The notes beneath the pieces are model-generated. The model saw nothing but the letters and a program-made list of their open reading frames with translations, did no database searches and was not told the origin of the DNA. Shown piece by piece: positions 28,205-35,358 of a stretch of DNA of 53,806 bases. This DNA is from a virus (taxonomy: Duplodnaviria; Caudoviricetes): positions 1 to 53,806 of the IMG/VR virus record IMGVR_UViG_3300018933_000006; one strand, written 5' to 3'. The position numbers and the translations under genes were made by a program. Positions within the stretch are counted from its first letter, which is position 1. Each line of letters starts with the position of its first letter.

Positions 28205-28782
28205 ATCTCGCCGGCTACAGCCGGGGAAGGGGCCAGATCGGCCCGCCGCACACCCCTCGTCGGGCTCTTGGAGCCGGGCACCTTCACTTTGGGCTGGACG
28301 GGGATGTGAAGGGCCTCCAAACGGGCCCTCAGGTCGGCCACCTTCCAGCCCTTTCCGTGGCCCTGCTCCTGGAGGTGGGCGAGGACGGTGCGGAGGTGCA
28401 CCGCGTCGGCGGTCCCCATGGCCTCCAGCAGGAGGGCGCGCACGGCGTCCAAGTCGGGCTCCGCGGAGGCCTCGTCGTCGGCCGCGGGGGCGGCCGTCGT
28501 CCCGGCCTTCCAGGCGGCGCGGATCCACCACCCGACGAGGAGCCACATCAGCCACGGCAGGGCGCGGACGACTGCCCACAGGGCGTAGGCCGCGGCGCCG
28601 AGCACGGCCAGGCGCAGCAGCGGACCGAGGGCGGCGCGCCACCCGTCGAGGTCGTCGCGGCGGCCGGCGCGCACCCACGCGGTGAGGGCGTCGGTGCGGC
28701 GCTGCCAGACGAGGGCGCTGCCGCGGCACAGCCGGTCGGCGGCGGTGGTGCGGGCGGCCCACAGAGCGAGTTGGCGGCGCAT
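28177..28782 (-). CDS. Membrane-anchored winged-helix protein resembling TraB C-terminal domain, no ATPase
   Basis: TM hairpin then LLLEAMGTADAVHLRTVLAHL...WKVADLRARL...RGVRRADL; no Walker motifs. Confidence 0.65.
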   Translation of the reverse strand: MRRQLALWAARTTAADRLCRGSALVWQRRTDALTAWVRAGRRDDLDGWRAALGPLLRLAVLGAAAYALWAVVRALPWLMWLLVGWWIRAAWKAGTTAAPAADDEASAEPDLDAVRALLLEAMGTADAVHLRTVLAHLQEQGHGKGWKVADLRARLEALHIPVQPKVKVPGSKSPTRGVRRADLAPSPAVAGEMSTAPSTAA

Positions 28783-29282
28783 CACAGACCGTTCTCCAGG
28801 ATGGTGCGGCCCTCGGCGCCGATGGCGTTGACGAGGTCGGGCCACCAGCCGAGGAGCTCGGCGACGCCGGGCAGGAACCCGAGGACGGCGAACGAGCAGA
28901 TGCCGCCGACGATCCGCCGCTTGTCCTGCTTCCCCGAGCCCTTGAACAGCAGGATCACGCCGAGCAGGATCAGGCAGACCACGATGGCGCCCTCGTAGGT
29001 GAGGGTGCCCATGCGGCCGGTCGGCATCGGCGCCGCCCCGGACGTGCCGGTCACCTTGGACACGCCGGCGTCGCCGCTGCCGGTGAAGATGCCGGCGATA
29101 CCGGCTGCTCCCCAGCCGAGCGCGCCGCCGATGCAGATGGTGGCGAGGGAGCCGAGGCCGGCGCCGCTGGCGTAGGGCACGAGGGCCTTGGGGTCTCGGC
29201 CTCCCTTCCACCAGGGGCGCAAGTTGGCGTAGAGGATGCCGAGGGCGACGGCGGCGCCGGCGAGGGATAGGCCTACGTTCAT
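28782..29282 (-). CDS. Gly-rich multi-pass membrane protein
   Basis: ~4 hydrophobic segments; coupled overlaps on both sides. Confidence 0.8.
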   Translation of the reverse strand: MNVGLSLAGAAVALGILYANLRPWWKGGRDPKALVPYASGAGLGSLATICIGGALGWGAAGIAGIFTGSGDAGVSKVTGTSGAAPMPTGRMGTLTYEGAIVVCLILLGVILLFKGSGKQDKRRIVGGICSFAVLGFLPGVAELLGWWPDLVNAIGAEGRTILENGL

Positions 29283-29947
29283 CGGGGGACTCCGGTGAGG
29301 AACTGGATTGGGTCGTACCAGGAGAGGGCGCCGAACGCGCCGATGAAGGTGACGGCGAGCGCGAACAGGCGTAAGGGGCTGCCTCCCTTGCGGACGATGG
29401 CGGTGATCGCGAGGGTGAGGGGGATGAGGCCGAGGGCGTAGCCCCAACCCACTCCCCAGTCCTCACGGGCGAGGCTGACGGTGAAGTGCCACGTGGTGGC
29501 GACTGAGTAGCCGGTGTGTGGGATCGGTGTGACGGCCAGCGTCAGCCCGGTGACGGCGTGCCAGGGGCGGACGTACCGGCCGAGCCAGGCTGTAATCCGT
29601 TCCCAGCGGGACGGTTCCGGATCGGGTTCCGCCCACGCCAGCACGACCTCGTGGACGTGACGGATCTCTACGGGGCGCGGCTGCGGATCGGGTGGAACGG
29701 GCGTCGGATCTGGCACTGCGGGTGGGGGCGGAGGGGGCGGCGGTGTCCGCCAGGGCGGGGCTTCACCGGGCTCCGGCGGCCGGGCGGGGAGCGGGGCGCC
29801 GGCGGGGATGATCCGGGTGGGGGTGACGGGGCGGGGCTCGGGGTCGTGCATGGGTGGCTCCTGGTGGCCGAGGGGGCGGGCGCCGAGGCGGCGGAGGTGG
29901 TGGCGGGCGCGCAGCTCGTCGCCGCCGGGCGACGGCCGCGCGCCCAT
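29279..29947 (-). CDS. Proline-rich membrane protein containing a TTA codon (alternative start 29851)
   Basis: Poly-Pro N-terminus, ~3 C-terminal TM; CCC TTA CGC at 29372-29374. Confidence 0.8.
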   Translation of the reverse strand: MGARPSPGGDELRARHHLRRLGARPLGHQEPPMHDPEPRPVTPTRIIPAGAPLPARPPEPGEAPPWRTPPPPPPPPAVPDPTPVPPDPQPRPVEIRHVHEVVLAWAEPDPEPSRWERITAWLGRYVRPWHAVTGLTLAVTPIPHTGYSVATTWHFTVSLAREDWGVGWGYALGLIPLTLAITAIVRKGGSPLRLFALAVTFIGAFGALSWYDPIQFLTGVPR

Positions 29948-30819
29948 CAGGCGCCGACCCGGAGGGCGCGGAGGTAGCGGTCGACGCTGCTCTGCGGGAC
30001 CTGCTTGCCGGTGGCGTTCCGGACGGTCCGGAGGACGGCTTCCGGGTCGCGGATTCCGGAGTCCCAGGCGTTCCGGACTGCTTCCTGCGTGGTCACGCGG
30101 CCCGAGCGGATCGGGCTGACCTTGGGATCCGGATCTTCCGAAGTGGGCTCCGGAGTTCCGGGTGCCTCCGGAATTGCGGATCCGTTCTCCTCGGGGGTTC
30201 CGCCGAGGCTGCGCCGCTCGGCGTCTACGAGGGCCTGGCCGCGCTGGAGTTCCCGCCGGATCGGGATCATGGCGAGCTGGCCGTCGACCTTCGCGCGACG
30301 GGCGGTCACCCACTGCTGGGTGCGTGGGTCGAGCGGCCGGGCGTGCACGCGCATCGCCATCGACCAGCCGCCCTTGGCGAGCGCGGACACGACCGCGCCG
30401 ACCGCACCGATCACCCACGTGTCGGCGATGAGGTAGCCGTGCGCGAAGACCGCGCCCATGGACACGGCGAGCGCCCACCGGCCGGCCCGCCGCGCGACCT
30501 GCGCCCGTTCGGGGTCGTAGCGCAGCAGCCACTCCACGCCCATGCACATGATCCAGCTCGCGTCGAAGGCGACCGCGGCGGCGTAGGCGACGGCGGCGAT
30601 GGTGACGGCGGACAGGAGGTCGCCGATGCTGGCGGTCGTCCAGGCAAGGGACGCAGTGACGAGGATGATGGCGCCGATGGTGACGGCGGTGCGGACGATG
30701 TGGTCCCAGTCGCGGGGCGGTGCGGGGACCTCGATCTGTTCGCGGTCGAGGACCATCTCGGTGACGCCGTCGACGGTGTGAGGGACGAGCCGGGTCCGCT
30801 CGATGGTGCGGGTCTTCAC
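29947..30819 (-). CDS. SpdB2/DUF2637-like 4-TM, coiled-coil, C-terminal HTH protein
   Basis: 4 hydrophobic helices, coiled coil, linker, QEAVRNAWDSGIRDPEAV...SSVDRYLR. Confidence 0.65.
   Translation of the reverse strand: MKTRTIERTRLVPHTVDGVTEMVLDREQIEVPAPPRDWDHIVRTAVTIGAIILVTASLAWTTASIGDLLSAVTIAAVAYAAAVAFDASWIMCMGVEWLLRYDPERAQVARRAGRWALAVSMGAVFAHGYLIADTWVIGAVGAVVSALAKGGWSMAMRVHARPLDPRTQQWVTARRAKVDGQLAMIPIRRELQRGQALVDAERRSLGGTPEENGSAIPEAPGTPEPTSEDPDPKVSPIRSGRVTTQEAVRNAWDSGIRDPEAVLRTVRNATGKQVPQSSVDRYLRALRVGA
30018..30172. repeat. Cluster of 7 TCCGGA palindromes in 3' end of SpdB-like gene
   Basis: 30018, 30027, 30055, 30072, 30128, 30149, 30167 plus single-mismatch variants. Confidence 0.8.
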
Positions 30820-30837
30820 GGTGCAGCTCCAAGAGGT

Positions 30838-30875
30838 GGCCGCCCCGCGCCGGGGGAATGTCGCGCGGGGCGGCC
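30838..30875 (-). terminator. Intra-operon hairpin (possible attenuator), C-rich loop
   Basis: 13-bp perfect stem. Confidence 0.55.
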
Positions 30876-30885
30876 GGTCTGGTGG

Positions 30886-31059
30886 TCAGCTGTGGTCGTC
30901 GGTCCAGCCGAGGCGGGTGCGGATGTCGGCGCCGGCGGCGTAGTCGGCCTGGCAGGCGGCGACGGTGGCGGGCTGGGTGGCGACGCTGCCGAGCTGGGGC
31001 TCGTAGTGCTCCGGGCTGTGCTGCTCGGGCTGCTGGTCGGTACCGTGGGGCATGGTCAT
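30886..31059 (-). CDS. 57-aa protein, first gene of membrane module
   Basis: RBS AGGAG; MTMPHGTDQQ...CQADYAAGADIR. Confidence 0.65.
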   Translation of the reverse strand: MTMPHGTDQQPEQHSPEHYEPQLGSVATQPATVAACQADYAAGADIRTRLGWTDDHS

Positions 31060-31165
31060 CTCTCCTGTTCACGGCAGGTGGATGGCTGGCCCCGACCCAT
31101 GTGGAGCTGCAACTCCGGGCCGGGGCCTTGTTGCTGAGCGGAGACCAGGGCGGCCTCGCCCGACC

Positions 31166-31210
31166 AAGCTAAACCCCGGGGTTGTGGTAGCGCAACCCCG
31201 GGGTTAGGGT
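31166..31210. promoter_or_regulatory. Overlapping divergent promoters with two perfect operators AACCCCGGGGTT
   Basis: Palindromes 31172-31183 and 31194-31205; plus TTGTGG-N17-TAGGGT; minus TTGCGC-N18-TAGCTT. Confidence 0.8.
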
Positions 31211-31243
31211 CGTGTTGGCCGCACCGCAGAGAGGAGCGCGGTA

Positions 31244-31558
31244 GTGGCAGACCAGCCCGAGGAGGTGACACGCCTGGTGGAAGCCATCAAGGCGTTCGAG
31301 GCGATCGAAGACGACGAGGCGTGCGCCGTCGCCGTGTCGCAGGCGTTGAAGGACTGGACCGGCCACCAGACGAGGCTGCGCCAGCTGCGGCAGCAGCGTG
31401 TCCAGGCGCTCAAGGCGCAGGGGAGGACGTGGGAGGAGATCGGCCGGCTCCTCGGTGGGATCAGTGCGGCGCGGGCGCAGCAGATCGCGGCTGGGGTGAG
31501 CGGGGCGTCGCGGCGGAAGGCGGAGACAGCGAAGCGGGCGGAGGCGTCCGATGGATGA
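31244..31558 (+). CDS. Small HTH regulator divergent from membrane module (Kor-like)
   Basis: GRTWEEIGRLLGGISAARAQQIA HTH; RBS GAGGAG. Confidence 0.85.
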   Translation: MADQPEEVTRLVEAIKAFEAIEDDEACAVAVSQALKDWTGHQTRLRQLRQQRVQALKAQGRTWEEIGRLLGGISAARAQQIAAGVSGASRRKAETAKRAEASDG

Positions 31559-31979
31559 GTTCGTGGAGTGGCTGCGTGCCCAGCTCGACGAGGACGAGCG
31601 GATCGCGTTCTCCGCCGGGCACACGCTGGGCGGTCAGCTCGCGCTCGACTGGGAGGTGGCTGGCGCCGGCGTAGGCGTATGGACCGTGGAGCGGCCAGTG
31701 AACGAGCCGCCCGTGGTGCCCGAGACGCTGATGGAGGACATGCCTGGTTACGAGGCGGCCCGGGCGAGGGCTCTGCATATCGCGAGCCACGGTCCGGCGC
31801 GGGTGCTGCGCGAGATCGACGCCAAGCGTCGGATCCTCGTCGAGCACGCGCTCAACGGCTGGGTTTGCACCACCTGCGATACCGGGGAAGTCGAACAGGT
31901 CTTTCCCTGCCCGACGCTGCGCATCCTCGCCCTGCCCTACGCGGACCGGTCGGGCTACCGCGACGAGTGGCGGCCGTAG
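31551..31979 (+). CDS. DUF6221-like protein
   Basis: WLRAQLDEDER...HIASHGPARVLREIDAKRRI...LALPYADRSGYRDEWRP. Confidence 0.85.
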   Translation: MDEFVEWLRAQLDEDERIAFSAGHTLGGQLALDWEVAGAGVGVWTVERPVNEPPVVPETLMEDMPGYEAARARALHIASHGPARVLREIDAKRRILVEHALNGWVCTTCDTGEVEQVFPCPTLRILALPYADRSGYRDEWRP

Positions 31980-31994
31980 CCACGCCGCATCGCA

Positions 31995-32022
31995 GCCCCC
32001 GTCTCGCGGTCGAGGCGGGGGC
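31995..32022 (+). terminator. Hairpin after DUF6221 gene
   Basis: GCCCCCGTCTCG/CGAGGCGGGGGC stem. Confidence 0.55.
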
Positions 32023-32091
32023 AACCTGGGCCTCCGGCTCGAAGTGTGATCATGCGCGTCATGTACCAAATTAGATTACAGGGGGTATGGC

Positions 32092-32514
32092 TTGGGGGCT
32101 GGCCATTCGGAGCATCCAATGTACGAACCCAAATATCACTCCCCAGGACTGTTCACCCACGGACTGCATGTATATGACGACCGGATCGAATTCACCTTCG
32201 ATCTCTATGTCTCAGTGCCGCCACTGGGGAATCCAACCGCTATAAGGCGCTTTCTATTCCGCAGTTACAACCCTGGCGGCCTGCGTACCTATCAGGCGAA
32301 GCAAGGCGTCGAATCGTCTCACGGACTGATGGGCGGACCAGCCATCCACGTGCCGCCTTTCACGGACGCGCGGCTATTGACGATACCCGATTCGGCTCCC
32401 GTATCGCTGACTCAGAGGCTGCTGCTGTACGTGAATGTGTTTCGTACGGAGATGTGGGACGTTACCTTCGAAGCCGGTGTGAGCGGCTTCGACCTGCACG
32501 GACATTGGAGCTGA
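32092..32514 (+). CDS. Low-GC hypothetical moron (alternative start 32119)
   Basis: Many A/T-ending codons; AT-rich upstream with TAGATT. Confidence 0.6.
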   Translation: MGAGHSEHPMYEPKYHSPGLFTHGLHVYDDRIEFTFDLYVSVPPLGNPTAIRRFLFRSYNPGGLRTYQAKQGVESSHGLMGGPAIHVPPFTDARLLTIPDSAPVSLTQRLLLYVNVFRTEMWDVTFEAGVSGFDLHGHWS

Positions 32515-32562
32515 GCGGCAGGTCGACACGGGGGCGTCCTGCGCCCGCCGTACGATCCGCAG

Positions 32563-32835
32563 GTGGCACACACCTTCGAAGAACTCGTCGAGATGCAGCG
32601 CGCCGCGGACGAGGCGCACGCCCAGGTGCTCCAGCTGCGTGACGAGTACGGGCCGCCCGCCCACACCGAGTGGACCCAGCAGCAGACTCAGACGTACGAG
32701 ACCGCCTGGCGGGCCTGGCGCGACCTCGCCCGCGACATCCAGGCCGCCGTCACCGAGCACGCGCGCGATGAGGGGCGATCCCGCTACGAGGTCGAGGCGG
32801 ACGTGAAGAAGGCCGTCCGGCACCCGGAGAGCTAA
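32563..32835 (+). CDS. Small helical protein
   Basis: TACGAT 6 nt before GTG; typical codon usage. Confidence 0.8.
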   Translation: MAHTFEELVEMQRAADEAHAQVLQLRDEYGPPAHTEWTQQQTQTYETAWRAWRDLARDIQAAVTEHARDEGRSRYEVEADVKKAVRHPES

Positions 32836-33005
32836 CTACCGGCGCGCGTCGACAGCCGGTACTCGCCGACCCACAGCGGATCGGTGGCTGCCTCGTCCAC
32901 CGGCTGTGGAGGCTGCGGGCGAGCCGCAGCCCAGGGTTCGACGGGGCCCCAGTGGCGGTCGATCTGCCGACGGGCGCGCTCGATGGAGGGGTACGGGCGG
33001 TGCAT
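32832..33005 (-). CDS. 57-aa protein MHRPYPSIERARRQI...
   Basis: Fills gap; divergent from 33073. Confidence 0.5.
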   Translation of the reverse strand: MHRPYPSIERARRQIDRHWGPVEPWAAARPQPPQPVDEAATDPLWVGEYRLSTRAGS

Positions 33006-33072
33006 GGTCGTCAGGATGGCAGACGGAGCAGCCGCGGGTGCGTCCCGCGTCAACTCTGCGCATTCTGGACGC

Positions 33073-33288
33073 ATGGCCAGCGACCGCCCCGTGATCGTGT
33101 ATCCGCCCGACGAGACGGGCGGCCGGCGGGTACGCGCGGACGGCACGATCTTGGGGCTGGCGTACTCGGTGCAGGACGTCGCCCGGTTCATGCAGGAGGC
33201 CGGGCTTCAGGACTGGGACGAGATGGATGTGGTGCGGTCCTCGCTGATCGAGTGGCGCGGCGGCGGGCCCGACGTCTGGGGCCGGTGA
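33073..33288 (+). CDS. Small streptomycete-type protein (GGRRV...ILGLAYS...IEWRGGGPDVW)
   Basis: Recognisable motif; CATTCT 6 nt before ATG. Confidence 0.8.
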   Translation: MASDRPVIVYPPDETGGRRVRADGTILGLAYSVQDVARFMQEAGLQDWDEMDVVRSSLIEWRGGGPDVWGR

Positions 33289-33320
33289 GCGATGTCAGTG
33301 ATCGCCGCTATCGTCCCGCC

Positions 33321-33773
33321 ATGGATTTCGGAGACATACCCGCGTGGCTGGCACTCGCCTTCTCGGCCGGCGCTCTGTGGGTCAGCATCAAGACCAGCAG
33401 CGACGGAAAGAAGTCGGCTGACGCTTCAGCGCGCTCCGCGGCCGCCGCTGAGGCGGCACTCGCACTCCAGCGGCAGGAGGCCGAGGAGCGCCGGGCCGCT
33501 GAGGAGGAGGCCGCGCGCCCGCGCGTTGACCTGCGTGTCGAGTGGGTGCGGAAGAGCAAATACCGGATCGTCAATCACGGTGACGCGGTCGCGTCGAACA
33601 TCACGTGCCTCAATGTCCCAGGGATTTCGCGCGCCCTGGACGAGCCGTTCACCCTGGAACGGCACGGCGCGCACGAGTTCATCATGAGCGGCTCGATGCA
33701 GGAGCCGATGCCTGCCTTCCTGCGCGTGGTGTGGGACGGCCAGGAAGAACCGGTGAACCTGCTGATGCCATGA
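33321..33773 (+). CDS. Single-pass membrane protein with coiled coil and Ig-like domain
   Basis: N-terminal TM; YRIVNHGDAVASNI; TATCGT 6 nt before ATG. Confidence 0.8.
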   Translation: MDFGDIPAWLALAFSAGALWVSIKTSSDGKKSADASARSAAAAEAALALQRQEAEERRAAEEEAARPRVDLRVEWVRKSKYRIVNHGDAVASNITCLNVPGISRALDEPFTLERHGAHEFIMSGSMQEPMPAFLRVVWDGQEEPVNLLMP

Positions 33774-33784
33774 CCGACCAGGGA

Positions 33785-33818
33785 GCGGCCCCCCCACCGC
33801 GCTTTAAGGGAGGGCCGC
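33785..33818. terminator. Hairpin between convergent genes
   Basis: GCGGCCC...GGGCCGC stem. Confidence 0.5.
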
Positions 33819-33824
33819 ACTGGA

Positions 33825-34049
33825 TCAGGGCTGGGGCGCAGGCTCAGTGCGCAGGTACACGTAGACCCACAGCGGGCCGTCATCTGCACCCGTCCGAGGA
33901 CGGGGCGTATAGACGTCCTGCATGCCGTTGCCGTCCTGGTGGATCAGTTGGTCGGGCGGGCTGAGCGGGTCGCCAAACAGCGGGAACGTTCGACCGTCGA
34001 GGGGACCGCCCTGGGCGAGGATGCCGTCGGGGATGCGCGTGGTGTCCAC
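33825..34049 (-). CDS. Small protein with GGPLDG motif
   Basis: RBS AGGAG before GTG. Confidence 0.65.
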   Translation of the reverse strand: MDTTRIPDGILAQGGPLDGRTFPLFGDPLSPPDQLIHQDGNGMQDVYTPRPRTGADDGPLWVYVYLRTEPAPQP

Positions 34050-34136
34050 TACCACTCCTAGTTGTTGAGGCCCCGCGCCTGCACACCATTCTGCGGCACG
34101 CCACTGACAGTTGCCCCAGCCCGGCCGTTAACCGCC

Positions 34137-34286
34137 TCAGGATGTCGCGGCCACCCATGCCACGACAGCGAGTGCAGCGAGCAACAGTGCCCACCCGGTG
34201 AGCCGGATTGCGAGCCGCCGCCGATCCCAGGCCTCCTGGCGGCGCAACTGCTGCTCCATCTCCCGGCGGTAGTCCTCCGGCTTCAT
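34137..34286 (-). CDS. 49-aa membrane peptide
   Basis: ATGA overlap; C-terminal TM. Confidence 0.55.
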   Translation of the reverse strand: MKPEDYRREMEQQLRRQEAWDRRRLAIRLTGWALLLAALAVVAWVAATS

Positions 34287-35038
34287 GCCGCGATCACCCC
34301 GCCCTCCGTCCAGATCCGTCCGCACCCGGTGCAGTGCGCGACCGGCACCCGGCCCTCACCGCCGTGCACGTCGATCGTCCCGCCGCACACGCACGGCTGC
34401 TCCAGCGTCCGCCGCTGCGCCGCGATGTCCAGCGCGCGCTCGACCCGGGCCGCGGCGCCGGCAGCGACGTTCCCGATGCGCTGCTCCTCGACATCGGTGA
34501 GGCGGCGGCACGGGCCGGGCGCGCGCTCGATCCGGGCCAGCAGCCACAGCGCGGCGTGCGGGGCGGTTCGCCGGCCGGTGTACTTCCAGCGGCGCGGGTC
34601 GACGAGGTCCGCGTGGGCCAGCTGCTGGCGGCGGCGCCGGTCGGCGGCGGCAGTGTCCGCCTCGCGCTGGGTGGCGTATGGGGCCACGGCGGTCCGGCGG
34701 GCGGTCGGCATGGGGATGGGTGCGCGCTGGGCGGCGTGGGCGATGTCGTCGGCGCAGTGGACGAGGGCGGCCTCGACAACACGCATGGTGTCGAGGATGT
34801 GGAGGCGGATGGGGACGGGCCGGTCGCCGAGCTGGATCGGGTCGCGCTCCAGGGAGCGGAGGTAGGCGGCGTGGTGGCGCTCGTACTCGATCTGTTCGGC
34901 GTCGGCTTGGTCGAGGCGGGCGAGGTAGCCGCGGAGGCCGAGGCCGAAGGCGCCGAGTTGGGCGGGGGTGCCGGCGGCTTCGCGGAGGTCGGTCCAGTGG
35001 AGGGCGATGGTGCGGAGGTGGGTGGCGGTGGTGGTCAT
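34283..35038 (-). CDS. Zn-ribbon protein at end of early operon (possible late-gene regulator)
   Basis: CVCGG...CTGCG; position before packaging genes. Confidence 0.65.
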   Translation of the reverse strand: MTTTATHLRTIALHWTDLREAAGTPAQLGAFGLGLRGYLARLDQADAEQIEYERHHAAYLRSLERDPIQLGDRPVPIRLHILDTMRVVEAALVHCADDIAHAAQRAPIPMPTARRTAVAPYATQREADTAAADRRRRQQLAHADLVDPRRWKYTGRRTAPHAALWLLARIERAPGPCRRLTDVEEQRIGNVAAGAAARVERALDIAAQRRTLEQPCVCGGTIDVHGGEGRVPVAHCTGCGRIWTEGGVIAA

Positions 35039-35133
35039 CGTGCGCTCCGTGGGGCTGTTGGGCGGTACGGTGGGGCCACCGGATGGGGCGTGCCTGGCCT
35101 GGCAGGGTCGGAGGGCGCGCCCCTTCGTCGTAC

Positions 35134-35358
35134 TCAGATGCTTGGCGGCAGGGTGATCCGGCTCGGGGACCGCGAGGCGCGGCGCACCGCGCGCCGGAGG
35201 TCGGCTTGGATCGCCCGCTGCATGGACTCGCTGAGCCGCTGCATCGTGCCGTTGTCGGGCGGAACGGCGGGCTGCTCCTGGTGCAGCTCGACGGAGGTGA
35301 TGCCGGGCACCTCGTGCCACTCGCCGTCGTCGCCGAGGATCTCCAGTCGTACGGTCAT
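35134..35358 (-). CDS. 74-aa early protein whose N-terminus resembles the phage tail tube N-terminus
   Basis: RLEI..DG.W..VPGIT shared with 15806-16279; RBS GAGGA, ATGA overlap. Confidence 0.7.
   Translation of the reverse strand: MTVRLEILGDDGEWHEVPGITSVELHQEQPAVPPDNGTMQRLSESMQRAIQADLRRAVRRASRSPSRITLPPSI

Noticed and set aside
29279-31072. 597-aa ORF and similar long N-terminal extensions in the ORF track
   Set aside because: Arg/Pro-rich off-frame read-through over real genes; true starts are marked by RBS and stop/start overlaps
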